Below, piece after piece: positions 16,588-25,557 of a stretch of DNA of 64,000 nucleotides (positions are counted from its first letter, which is position 1; every line of letters starts with the position of its first letter). The stretch comes from Candidatus Pyrohabitans jungbluthii. GTDB lineage: Archaea > Hydrothermarchaeota > Hydrothermarchaeia > Hydrothermarchaeales > BMS3B. A program made the position numbers and the translations under genes. The notes below the pieces were generated by a model that was given only the letters and a program-made list of their open reading frames with translations, ran no database searches and was not told where the DNA came from. The stretch covers positions 556,740 to 620,739 of the forward strand of contig MTMD02000002.1 of NCBI GenBank assembly GCA_002010065.2. Direction: 5' to 3'.

Positions 16588-17370
16588 TTAGCCAGCTATC
16601 GGTTCGGCTTCAGCAAAGCCCCTCTTCAGCGCCTTAATCTTCACCTTCAGCCTCTCTCCTTTGCTGGCACCTTTAACGAATACCTTAACTCCGGCGATAT
16701 ACGCTATACCCTCGCCACGCCTGCTCACGTCCTGAACCACAGCCTCGTAAACCTCGCCCTTCTTCACAGGGGAGAAGCCCTTCGCAACCAGGTATATCTC
16801 TGCACTCTCGCTGCGGCTCGCCTTTGGTTTTGAGAGCTTAACGAAGGAGAAGCTTCGTTTAACCTTTTCAACAAACTCCTTAATGAGGTCACCCTGGAAC
16901 ACCTTGACCAGAAAGGCGCCCCCAGGGCTGAGATGCTCCTCTGCTATGCTCAGGGCTTCCTCGCAGAGCTCAACACTTCGAGCATGGTCGATGCTCCACA
17001 CACCACTTATATCCGGCGAGGCGTCGCTTATTACAGCCTCGCAGCTTGCGATAATCTCCTTCAGCTTTTCTCTTACCTCTGGGGAGGTGAAGTCACCCTT
17101 TATAAACACCACATTATCGTAGGACAGGGGCTCTATCCTCTGCAGGTCTACACCAACCACGAAACCAGAGTCGCCTACAATTTCGCGGGCAGCCTGTGTC
17201 CAGCCCCCAGGCGCTGCACCAAGCTCCAGCACGCGATCGCCAGCTTTCAAAATTTTGAAGTGCCGATTGAGCTGGAGAAGCTTGTACGCCGCTCGGGAGC
17301 GGTACTTCTCAAGCTTTGCCTTCCTGTAGTAGTAGTCCCGTCTTTTCTCAACTAGCCAACGCTTTCCCAT
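16588..17370 (-). CDS. rlmE: 23S rRNA 2'-O-methyltransferase RlmE/FtsJ with C-terminal TRAM domain
   Basis: YRSRAAYKL, LELGAAPGGW, SDASP, KVFQG, KPKASRSESAEIY; TRAM domain GEGIA...VFVKGA. Confidence 0.95.
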   Translation of the reverse strand: MGKRWLVEKRRDYYYRKAKLEKYRSRAAYKLLQLNRHFKILKAGDRVLELGAAPGGWTQAAREIVGDSGFVVGVDLQRIEPLSYDNVVFIKGDFTSPEVREKLKEIIASCEAVISDASPDISGVWSIDHARSVELCEEALSIAEEHLSPGGAFLVKVFQGDLIKEFVEKVKRSFSFVKLSKPKASRSESAEIYLVAKGFSPVKKGEVYEAVVQDVSRRGEGIAYIAGVKVFVKGASKGERLKVKIKALKRGFAEAEPIAG

Positions 17371-17416
17371 AAACTCTTTAATCAATGTTAATCATCGTGG
17401 GTATTATTGAAAGAAC

Positions 17417-18250
17417 ATGGAAAGGCTTCTCTACCTGGGATGCATGATTTACAACCGCTTTCCTGACTATGAGCTCTCAGCAAAAGCGGTGCTTTCAAAG
17501 CTTGGGGTCAAGCTCAGAGACTTTCACGAGTTTTCGTGCTGCTCCTCTACCTTCATACCTTCTGCAAGCGATGAGTGGATTTACCTCGCCGCTTACAACC
17601 TCGCCCTTGCGGAGAGACAGAACGCTGCGATAATCACCCTATGCGGAACCTGCACAAGCACCTTCAAGCGGGCGAACCTTATGCTCCAGGACGAGAAGCT
17701 TCTGGAGAAGGTCAACTCTCGCCTGGGTGAGGTTGGACTCAGCTACTCTGGTAAGGTGAGTGTGAACCACCTGCTTGAGGTGCTGAAGGAGAAGGAGAAT
17801 AAGATAAAGGTGCTTGTAAGACAACCTTTAAAGCTCAGGGTTGCGCTTCAGCACCCGTGCAATGTCTTCCGCCCAAGCTACGTTGCTCGCTTCGACGACC
17901 CCGCGAAGCCACGAGCTATGAGGGAGATTGTCACCCTTACAGGAGCAGAGATTGTGGACTACGCCGAGGAGTACGAATGCTGCGGCTCCACGCTGCTGCT
18001 GACCTCACAAGCCTTAGGGATTGGCGCGGGGGCAAGCAAGCTCGCCTCCGCTCAAAGGGCTGGGGCAGAGGCTATGGTGGTAGCCTGCGGCAACTGCGCC
18101 TATCTCTTTGACAGGCATAAGGAGGAGATAAAGAAGCGCAACCCAAGCGCAGAGCTTCCCACCCTCTTTATCACGCAGCTTCTGGGGTTGGCTTTCGGGC
18201 TGAGCAGGGAGGAACTCGGCTTGGACATAAGGGGGGTTGAGCTTGGGTGA
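17417..18250 (+). CDS. HdrB-like (CCG-domain) Fe-S protein, divergent
   Basis: GC...CC(S)...CGTC and HPC...CCG...CGNC motifs; ITQLLGLAFG C-terminal motif. Confidence 0.85.
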   Translation: MERLLYLGCMIYNRFPDYELSAKAVLSKLGVKLRDFHEFSCCSSTFIPSASDEWIYLAAYNLALAERQNAAIITLCGTCTSTFKRANLMLQDEKLLEKVNSRLGEVGLSYSGKVSVNHLLEVLKEKENKIKVLVRQPLKLRVALQHPCNVFRPSYVARFDDPAKPRAMREIVTLTGAEIVDYAEEYECCGSTLLLTSQALGIGAGASKLASAQRAGAEAMVVACGNCAYLFDRHKEEIKKRNPSAELPTLFITQLLGLAFGLSREELGLDIRGVELG

Positions 18251-18611
18251 GCAGAGCAAGGTCTGCACCCGCTGCTCCGCGTGTACGCGGGTGTGCATCG
18301 CCACAAGGCTGGGCGTTCCCACGGGTGCAAGCGTGCTTGAACGCGAAGATAAATTCACCTGTGCTGGCTGTTGGAAGTGCGCTGAGATTTGCCCTCAGGG
18401 CATAGACATCTACAAATTAATGATGGAGGCTCGTCGCAAGGGTGAGCTACCGGAAAGCTTCAGAATGGGCATAAGGAACATCCTGGAAACCGGATACGCC
18501 ATGCCCATGCGGGGGGTAAATGCGATACGCGAGATGTATCGTCTGCCTCCAATTGAGAGGGTTAAACCAGAGGTGGTAAAAAAACTCCTGCGCGGAGTTA
18601 GCGTAGCCTGA
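18237..18611 (+). CDS. HdrC-like 2x[4Fe-4S] protein
   Basis: CTRCSACTRVC and CAGCWKCAEICPQGID; overlaps the HdrB-like gene. Confidence 0.8.
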   Translation: MSLGEQSKVCTRCSACTRVCIATRLGVPTGASVLEREDKFTCAGCWKCAEICPQGIDIYKLMMEARRKGELPESFRMGIRNILETGYAMPMRGVNAIREMYRLPPIERVKPEVVKKLLRGVSVA

Positions 18612-18612
18612 G

Positions 18613-18813
18613 CTAAGGCTGCTCCTCTATTAGCTTGATTGCCTCTTCAACCAGCTTTTTGTGGCGCTCCTCAGATTCTATAAGCTCTGAAATAAAATTT
18701 TTTAACTCCTCATCCTCAAGCTCATTAAAGAGTTCCCTGTACACCTCCCGTGCGTTCTTCTCTATGTCGGCGAGGTTTCGCAGGGTGCCTGGAATTACAT
18801 CGCTAGAACTCAT
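18613..18813 (-). CDS. Small two-helix ferritin/rubrerythrin-like protein
   Basis: DIEKNAREVYREL...ELIESEERHKKLV (E...ExxH pattern). Confidence 0.7.
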   Translation of the reverse strand: MSSSDVIPGTLRNLADIEKNAREVYRELFNELEDEELKNFISELIESEERHKKLVEEAIKLIEEQP

Positions 18814-19042
18814 CCACATCACGCCCCTTAATCTTCTCCATCATCTGAAGTATTGCTGTTTTGTGTCCTTCCGACTCCCTCCTAATTATCTCTGCTATCT
18901 CAAGGATACGTGCCTTTTTTTCCTCGGGTAGTTCACTCCTCTCAATAAATTTTATGAGAGAATGGGTTATAAGTGCAACCCCCTCATCCTCCAACTTAGC
19001 GATGTTTTCAAGTTTCTTAAGCAGCCTGCTCTTTTGTATCAT
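18803..19042 (-). CDS. Small two-helix ferritin/rubrerythrin-like protein
   Basis: AKLEDEG...IRRESEGHKTAI; overlaps the downstream paralog; AGGTGA RBS. Confidence 0.7.
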   Translation of the reverse strand: MIQKSRLLKKLENIAKLEDEGVALITHSLIKFIERSELPEEKKARILEIAEIIRRESEGHKTAILQMMEKIKGRDVDEF

Positions 19043-19125
19043 GTCCTCTTCACCTAATTTATAGTTTATAGAACCTTTAATATAACCAACCTTTATATAA
19101 CCACGCCTTCCATACCATTAGCTTA

Positions 19126-20367
19126 ATGGTGGACACCGAGTTCATAAAGATGCTGTTGATCTCTGCGCTCGTTGGTGGACTTCTTGGCGTGGAGCGCGAG
19201 CTTAAGGTGCAGGTAATCGCAGGTACGCGCACCTTCATGCTGATTTCAATCACCGGAACCCTGAGTGTCTATCTTGCAACAAAGGTAGCTACGCCTTGGG
19301 TTATGAACCTCACCCTCCTAGGGGTTGTCTTTATTGTACTCCTGCTCGGTATAATAAAGAACTTCAGAACTTTCGATATAGGCATAACCACGCCCGTGGC
19401 TTTCTTCCTTGCCTACCTAATAGGCATACTTGTTGGCTTGGGATTGTACATCGAAGCCATAAGCGCAAGCATAGTCGTTACGAGCATCCTGGTATTCAAG
19501 AAGTACACCACCATCCTCTCCGAAGCCCTGGGTCACGAGGAGATGCGCTCAGCTATGGAGTTCGGTTTAATTGCCTTTGTGCTCTATCCCGTGGCACCGG
19601 ATTATCCCATTGACCCCCTGGGTTTGATAAACCCAAAAATGCTGGTGCTTGCCATAATAGTGGTCTCAACCATAGGCTTTGCGGGCTTCCTCACGCTGCG
19701 CTTGGTTGGCCTTGAGCTTGCCCTCACCCTAGTTGGAGGAATAGGCGGACTTGTGAACAGCCAGGCGACGATAAGCGCCCTTGCTGACAAGGTTAGGAAG
19801 AGCGCTGAGATTGCGCCCAACGCACTGCGGGGCATGATTTTGGCGAATGCAGTAATGCTGGTTAGAAACCTTGCGCTGGCTAGCTTGCTGAGCATTGACC
19901 TTTTAAGGCTTCTGCTTCTTCCGACGCTTGCCATGTGCCTACTCGGCGTCGCGCAGAGCTTCCTTATAAAGACCAAGAAGACCTTGCGCGAGGTTGAGCT
20001 TCCTTTAGAGTCGCCTTTCGCAATCCTGCCCTCGATTAAGTTTGCCCTCATCTTTGGGGTTATAACCTTTCTATCCTACTATGCCCAGAACATTGGCGTG
20101 GGTGGGATTTACCTCACAGCTCTTGCCGGAGGTCTGGTCTCCAGCGCCGCTGTCGTGGCGTCGCTTGCATCACTCGTAGCCTTGGGCAAGCTCGGGACTG
20201 AGGTAGCCGCCCTTGGGGGCGTTCTCGCTATGGCTTCCAGCAGCATCAGCGGTGTATTCATAGCCAAGGTGAGCGGCACCTCTGAGTTGGCGAAGAGATA
20301 CCTGCGCGTTGTTCTTGTGAATATAGCTGCTGGCGTTACGGTGGCTGCGATTATGTTCCTCGGGTAG
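19126..20367 (+). CDS. MgtC/SapB-family membrane protein (DUF4010 type)
   Basis: GGLLGVERE...AGTRTF...GITT N-terminal MgtC motif; many TM helices; GGLVNSQA and GGLVSSAA. Confidence 0.85.
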   Translation: MVDTEFIKMLLISALVGGLLGVERELKVQVIAGTRTFMLISITGTLSVYLATKVATPWVMNLTLLGVVFIVLLLGIIKNFRTFDIGITTPVAFFLAYLIGILVGLGLYIEAISASIVVTSILVFKKYTTILSEALGHEEMRSAMEFGLIAFVLYPVAPDYPIDPLGLINPKMLVLAIIVVSTIGFAGFLTLRLVGLELALTLVGGIGGLVNSQATISALADKVRKSAEIAPNALRGMILANAVMLVRNLALASLLSIDLLRLLLLPTLAMCLLGVAQSFLIKTKKTLREVELPLESPFAILPSIKFALIFGVITFLSYYAQNIGVGGIYLTALAGGLVSSAAVVASLASLVALGKLGTEVAALGGVLAMASSSISGVFIAKVSGTSELAKRYLRVVLVNIAAGVTVAAIMFLG

Positions 20368-20427
20368 GTAACGCTGCCTTATTCCATTATTTCTATTGTT
20401 AATCTGAGCCGTCTATTTTGAAGAATA

Positions 20428-21507
20428 ATGCATGATTTGGAAAAATTGAAGGAACAGGTTAGGTATAATTGTGAAATCAGTAATGCCCAGTTCTGGGGGG
20501 TTTATTCGATTTGCGGACTCTTAATGCGGCTTCGCAGCCAGTATAGATTTGAGCACTCCCTCAAGCCCTGGCAAAAAATAGACACAGCAAAGCTGATGGA
20601 GTGGGTAGGTGAGAAAGAAAAGCTGTGGCAAAGCTTGAAGGGCAAGCTCCTGGAGCCTCTGCGCCTTGGAGGAGAGGTGATAGACCCCTTCGACGTTGAA
20701 AGCGTTGAAAGGTATCTCCCCCCTAACATGTGCTACGGCGCTGGCTACGCTACGGGGATGAAGCCCAGCTTCTTCCTGGGTGAACTCGGAGATAGCTACA
20801 CTGAGCGTGGCTTCTTTGTGCGCGTGGTGGAACGCGAGTTTGTACGAGACCTATTTGTCTCGCCTGCGATGCTCAGGGGAGATACCATATACCTCCGCCT
20901 TCAGGTGTTTGAGGAGTACCTATGGGAGAAGATTGAGGAGCTTCGTCTGGGTAAGGGCAGGCAGGCGCTCTGGGATGCCTTTGAGTACTATGGTCTTCAC
21001 AGGGAGGAACTCATACAAGACCCTTCGAGGTTGGAGGAGGATATCAAAAGGATAGCAAGGAAGGAGAGCTACGCGGTGGTGGCTCATGAGATGGGTGAGG
21101 CTCTGGAAAGCGGTTTTCCAGAAGAGCTTTGGCAGAGCTTTGTGCACTCCTCGCAGTTTCTTGAGCGCTTAGCTCGAGGAATACGCGACCTGCTTGCAGA
21201 CACCCACGCTGAGGGTATGCTTTCAGCGATAATTAAACGCCGCAGCTTGGCTTCGCTTGCCTTCTATGTAGCAGCGTTGGACGGCTTCAGGAAGGAGCTT
21301 TTCCCAGAGATTTTCGAGGCTTACGCGGAGGCTAAGCAGGGTGACTGGGGCAGCGTGGAGAGCGCAGCTAAGCTTGCTCGCGATAGAGCGCTTGAGTGTG
21401 TGCGCACCCTCGTGGAGATAAACCGCAGGTCTCGAGGCAGGGGGGAAGCTTGGCTTCGCCGCGAGGTGAGGCGGGAGCTTCTGCAGCCTCTGGGGATAAA
21501 TTTATAA
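20428..21507 (+). CDS. Conserved hypothetical protein resembling the Sfum_1244 family
   Basis: QVRYNCEISNA..WGVYSICGLLMRLR, YGAG...KPSFFLG, HEMGE and RGIRDLLAD match my recollection of this family. Confidence 0.65.
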   Translation: MHDLEKLKEQVRYNCEISNAQFWGVYSICGLLMRLRSQYRFEHSLKPWQKIDTAKLMEWVGEKEKLWQSLKGKLLEPLRLGGEVIDPFDVESVERYLPPNMCYGAGYATGMKPSFFLGELGDSYTERGFFVRVVEREFVRDLFVSPAMLRGDTIYLRLQVFEEYLWEKIEELRLGKGRQALWDAFEYYGLHREELIQDPSRLEEDIKRIARKESYAVVAHEMGEALESGFPEELWQSFVHSSQFLERLARGIRDLLADTHAEGMLSAIIKRRSLASLAFYVAALDGFRKELFPEIFEAYAEAKQGDWGSVESAAKLARDRALECVRTLVEINRRSRGRGEAWLRREVRRELLQPLGINL

Positions 21508-21565
21508 ACCCCTTCGCCTAAAAATAAGATGCCCAAAAAAACCGAAAGGATGGGATCGATAAGGA

Positions 21566-21871
21566 ATGGAGATATGCTCTGTTTGCGGACTGCCAGAGGA
21601 CTTGTGCATCTGTGAAGAGATTGCAAGGGAGACCCAGAAAATCACCATATCCCTAGCCAAGCGTAAGTTTGGTAAGTCGATGACCGTAGTAGAGGGTATA
21701 AGCGAGAAGTCCATAAACATCACAGACCTTGCAAAGAAGCTCAAGGGAGAACTCGCCTGCGGGGGTACTGTCAAGGACGGGAGGATAGAGCTTCAGGGCG
21801 ACCATCGCCAGCGGGTGAAGGAGTTTCTCATAAAGCACGGCTACTCTGAGGACCTTATTGAGGTGAAGTAG
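21566..21871 (+). CDS. sui1: Translation initiation factor aIF1 (SUI1/YciH)
   Basis: [19 protein letters not shown]...[22 protein letters not shown]. Confidence 0.95.
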   Translation: MEICSVCGLPEDLCICEEIARETQKITISLAKRKFGKSMTVVEGISEKSINITDLAKKLKGELACGGTVKDGRIELQGDHRQRVKEFLIKHGYSEDLIEVK

Positions 21872-21876
21872 CTGGG

Positions 21877-22377
21877 ATGCATGCCAAGCAGGTTATCGAG
21901 GCTGCGCTTTTTGTTTCTTCAGAGCCTCTGTCCGTGGATAAGCTTGCGGAGGTAAGTGGCAAAACCAGGGACGAGGTTCGTGCGATTGTTGAGGAGCTGC
22001 GTAGAGACTATGCCAACCGCGACAGCGCCATTGAGATTCGAAGCATAGGTGACGACCATTACCTAATGCAGGCAAAGGAAGCTCTCTCTGGAATGCTCAT
22101 TGAGCTGGTAAAGCCAGCGGTGGCTCAGGAGACTCTTAAAACACTCTCCCTCATAGCCCTTCGCCAGCCAATTACTCAGGCTGAAGTTGTCAAGGCTCGG
22201 GGCAGCGCTGCATACGCGCACATTAGAGAACTCATTGCCAAAGGATTCGTCTTCGCTTCGCCTGCGGGCAGAACAAAGATGCTCACCACCACAGAAAAGT
22301 TCTCTGATTATTTTGGCTTCAGCCGTGACATAGCGGAGGTGAAAAAGCAGATAGGCGAGCTTCTCATGAAGAGGTAA
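21877..22377 (+). CDS. scpB: SMC-Scp complex subunit ScpB
   Basis: IEAALFVSSEPLS, TLSLIALRQPITQAE, GRT...TTEKFSDYFG. Confidence 0.92.
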   Translation: MHAKQVIEAALFVSSEPLSVDKLAEVSGKTRDEVRAIVEELRRDYANRDSAIEIRSIGDDHYLMQAKEALSGMLIELVKPAVAQETLKTLSLIALRQPITQAEVVKARGSAAYAHIRELIAKGFVFASPAGRTKMLTTTEKFSDYFGFSRDIAEVKKQIGELLMKR

Positions 22378-22540
22378 TGTCGCTCTTCAGCTTCAGCACT
22401 TGCTTCTTTATCTTCTCACTTTCTCTTCGAATGGTAAATATTTCTTTTTCAAGGGACTTGATTTTAATGTAGTGATAGACATTCAGCAACAGCAATGCGG
22501 CAGCAATTATGTATATCACCGTTGTGATTGAATCTGTCAT
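22364..22540 (-). CDS. Small single-TM coiled-coil hypothetical protein
   Basis: GAGGTG RBS before ATG 22540; hydrophobic N-terminus followed by a charged heptad segment. Confidence 0.6.
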   Translation of the reverse strand: MTDSITTVIYIIAAALLLLNVYHYIKIKSLEKEIFTIRRESEKIKKQVLKLKSDITSS

Positions 22541-22624
22541 GCATACACCTCTTCCTTTTAACAAAAGGGGAAGCGTAACATTAAAATAGGAATTCGTCTA
22601 TATTGACGGTGGCTTGGTGGTGAA

Positions 22625-23998
22625 ATGGAGTACGACGTGGCAATAATAGGCGCAGGGCCAGCGGGGCTCTTCGCAGCATATGAACTGGCGGAGAAGAGTA
22701 AACTCAGAGTGGTTATTGTAGACATGGGAAAGGATGTGAACAAGCGCATTTGTCCAATGGAGAAGACTGGCGTTTGCGTGAAGTGCAAACCGTGCAACGT
22801 GATGAGTGGTGTGGGTGGCGCCGGTGGACTGAGCGATGGTACTCTGAACCTTCGTCCTGACATTGGGGGTAATCTCTACGAGTTTCTGCCTGAGAATGAA
22901 GCCTGGGAGCTGGTACGCTACGTGGACAGCATCTACGTGAAGCATGGCACGCCAACGAAGCTTTACGAAGCCACGAGCGAGGAAGAGGAAGAGCTCTCGC
23001 GCAAGGCTGCGAGCGCGGGCATAGAGTTTGTGCAGATACCCCAGCGCCATATAGGCAGCGATCACACACCAGAGGTTATAAACAGCATAGCGCAGCACCT
23101 CCGCAGAAAGGGCGTGAAATTCCTTCTTGAGACACAGGTTGAGGAGATAACCCCTGAGCTTGAGCTTGTTCTGGTGGGAGGTAGGAGAATCAAGGCTAAG
23201 TATGTGATCGCTGCACCGGGGAGGAGCGGCGCACCATGGATGGTGAAGCAGGCGCAGAGGCTGGGCTTGAAGATACGCCACGGCCCTATCGATGTAGGGG
23301 TGCGTGTTGAGGTACCTGCGGTTATAATGGAGCCTGTGTGCAGGATAAACCGCGACCCTAAGTTCCACATCATAACTAAAACCTACGACGATTTTGTGCG
23401 TACCTTCTGCGTGAACCACCGCGGCTTCATGGTAAAGGAGAGCTACAAGGGCTACGTTGGCGTCAACGGCCACTCACTGCGCGATAAGCAGAGCAACAAC
23501 ACCAACTTCGCCTTCCTCACGCGGATTGAGCTTACCGAGCCTGTGGAGAACTCTACTGAGTATGGGGAGAGCATAGCTAAAACCGCTACGACGCTCGGCG
23601 GGGGTAATCCCCTGATTCAACGCCTCGGCGACCTGCGCAGAGGGAGACGCTCCACGTGGAAGCGCATTAACTCAGGCTTAGTTAAGCCCACGCTGCGTGC
23701 CGTAACCCCTGGAGATATCGCCATGGTCATGCCTCACCGTATAGTTACCAACATCCTCGAGGGATTGGAGCGCCTGGATAAGGTTATACCCGGCGTTGCC
23801 AGCGACTCAACGCTTCTCTACGCGCCTGAGATTAAGTACTACGCGATGCGCGTTGAGGTTGGCAAAACCATGGAGACCTCCATACCAAACCTCTTCGTCG
23901 CAGGCGATGGCGTTGGCGTTTCCCGCGGCATAATCATAGCCTCAGCAACTGGCGTACTCGCTGCGAGGGGGATAATGGAAAAGGAGGGTGTGCTTTAG
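22625..23998 (+). CDS. FAD-dependent oxidoreductase (COG2509-like)
   Basis: GAGPAG Rossmann motif; CxxCxPC; GVGGAGGLSDG; HIGSD; VNGHS; AGDGVGVSRG. Confidence 0.88.
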   Translation: MEYDVAIIGAGPAGLFAAYELAEKSKLRVVIVDMGKDVNKRICPMEKTGVCVKCKPCNVMSGVGGAGGLSDGTLNLRPDIGGNLYEFLPENEAWELVRYVDSIYVKHGTPTKLYEATSEEEEELSRKAASAGIEFVQIPQRHIGSDHTPEVINSIAQHLRRKGVKFLLETQVEEITPELELVLVGGRRIKAKYVIAAPGRSGAPWMVKQAQRLGLKIRHGPIDVGVRVEVPAVIMEPVCRINRDPKFHIITKTYDDFVRTFCVNHRGFMVKESYKGYVGVNGHSLRDKQSNNTNFAFLTRIELTEPVENSTEYGESIAKTATTLGGGNPLIQRLGDLRRGRRSTWKRINSGLVKPTLRAVTPGDIAMVMPHRIVTNILEGLERLDKVIPGVASDSTLLYAPEIKYYAMRVEVGKTMETSIPNLFVAGDGVGVSRGIIIASATGVLAARGIMEKEGVL

Positions 23999-24172
23999 AT
24001 TCAGGGGAAAAACCACCTTCCAGGTGCCGTTTATTGAGACTAAATCTATGTACCTTATCCTCCAGCTCTCGCAGGTGGATTTTCCCTAACTTCTCAATGG
24101 AGCAAGAGATGAGATTGATTGATGACAAAAGTAAAATAGGGGGAGAGGAGATAGTTGGGGTTAGGTGGTTGG

Positions 24173-25540
24173 ATGGAGTACATATTTCGCGCTTACGATG
24201 TTCGCGGAGTGTTCAATGTGGATGTCACGGCGGAGGCAGCCGCGCGAATAGGCATGGCTTTTGGCACCTTCTTGGGTGGTGAAGGGCGCGTTCTTGTCGC
24301 ACGAGACCCTCGGGTAACAAGCGAGATATTCGAGCGTGCCTTCTCCTCCGGGCTCGCCTCGACCGGCATTGACGTTTACCTCACCGGGATGGTGCCTATA
24401 CCTGTGGCGAACTTCGCCACCGCGAGGCACAGCTACGACGCCGGAGCTTACATCACCGCTTCACACAACCCACCAGAGTACAACGGCGTTCGCTTTCGCC
24501 ATGGAGATGGCACTGGCTACACAAAGGAAAATGCCGAGGTCAAGGAGATTTTCTTTAACGGCGAGTTCAAACTTGCGAAGTGGGGTGATGTGGGTGAAAT
24601 AGTAGAGCTCAGCCCGCGCCAGACTCTGCGGGAGTATGAGGATTACCTCCTCTCAAGGCTCAAGCTTGAGCGCGAGCTTAAAGTGGTTCTCGATGCGGGT
24701 AATGGCGCGGCTGGTGTAATAGCGCCCTATATATTTCGAAAGGCAGGGGCAAAGGTTACGACGCTTAACGCTCAGCCAGATGGAACTTTTCCAGGGCGAA
24801 AAAGCGAGCCAAATGCAGAGAGCTTAGCTGACCTCGCGCGTGTGGTTTCTAGCATCGACGCCGCCTTTGGCGCTGGCTACGACGGCGACGCCGACCGCGT
24901 TGTGTTCGTTGACGATTTAGGTAGAGTGGTGCAGACGGAGAAGGTGGGCATAATTATAGCCCGGGAAATTTTACGTGAGAAGGGTGGAGGCGTGGTAATA
25001 GCTAACGTGGAGTGCTCCCAGATAGTTGAGGAGGAGATTTCAAAGCATGGGGGCGAGGTTAGGCGGGTACGCGTGGGCGATGTGTTCGTGTGCGAGGCGA
25101 TAAAGCAGCATGGCGCTGTCTTTGCAATGGAAACCTCGGCGCACTACTTCTACCCCGACTTCTACCCCTTCGACGACCCTATTCTGGTAAGCCTGAAGCT
25201 GGCTTCAATTCTCTCACAGCGAGGTGAGAAGCTTTCCCAGCTTGTGGATGAGATACCCAGCTACCCCAAGCTCCACAAGAACTTTCCCTGTGACGACAGG
25301 ATAAAGTTTCAGGTGATGGAGAAGATTATCCAGAGCTTGAAGGAGAAGGGCTACACCCTCGACATGACCGACGGTGCACGTGTGGTCTTAGAGGACGGCT
25401 GGGCTCTGCTGAGACCGAGCAACACCTCGCCATTGATAAGGGCGAGCATCGAGGCTACAAGCGAGGAGCGCGTGCAGGAACTTCTCCGCCTTGTGGAGAG
25501 GGAATTTGAGGAAGCGCTGAGAAAAACGAAAAGGGATTGA
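24173..25540 (+). CDS. Phosphomannomutase/phosphoglucomutase (alpha-D-phosphohexomutase)
   Basis: IFRAYDVRG, TASHNPPEYNG, DGDADR, RPSNTSP; start refined to ATG 24173. Confidence 0.93.
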   Translation: MEYIFRAYDVRGVFNVDVTAEAAARIGMAFGTFLGGEGRVLVARDPRVTSEIFERAFSSGLASTGIDVYLTGMVPIPVANFATARHSYDAGAYITASHNPPEYNGVRFRHGDGTGYTKENAEVKEIFFNGEFKLAKWGDVGEIVELSPRQTLREYEDYLLSRLKLERELKVVLDAGNGAAGVIAPYIFRKAGAKVTTLNAQPDGTFPGRKSEPNAESLADLARVVSSIDAAFGAGYDGDADRVVFVDDLGRVVQTEKVGIIIAREILREKGGGVVIANVECSQIVEEEISKHGGEVRRVRVGDVFVCEAIKQHGAVFAMETSAHYFYPDFYPFDDPILVSLKLASILSQRGEKLSQLVDEIPSYPKLHKNFPCDDRIKFQVMEKIIQSLKEKGYTLDMTDGARVVLEDGWALLRPSNTSPLIRASIEATSEERVQELLRLVEREFEEALRKTKRD

Positions 25541-25557
25541 AACGTTAGCCCCTCGCC

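Noticed and set aside
22598-23473. Long antisense ORFs (291 aa here; also 25351-25950, 33869-34375, 41857-42396)
   Set aside because: They lie opposite well-supported genes and have no motifs; shadow ORFs from codon bias.
23999-24172. 174-nt intergenic gap with a TGATGA (box C-like) word and short ORFs on both strands
   Set aside because: No matching downstream CTGA box D or convincing stem; the ORFs lack recognisable motifs.
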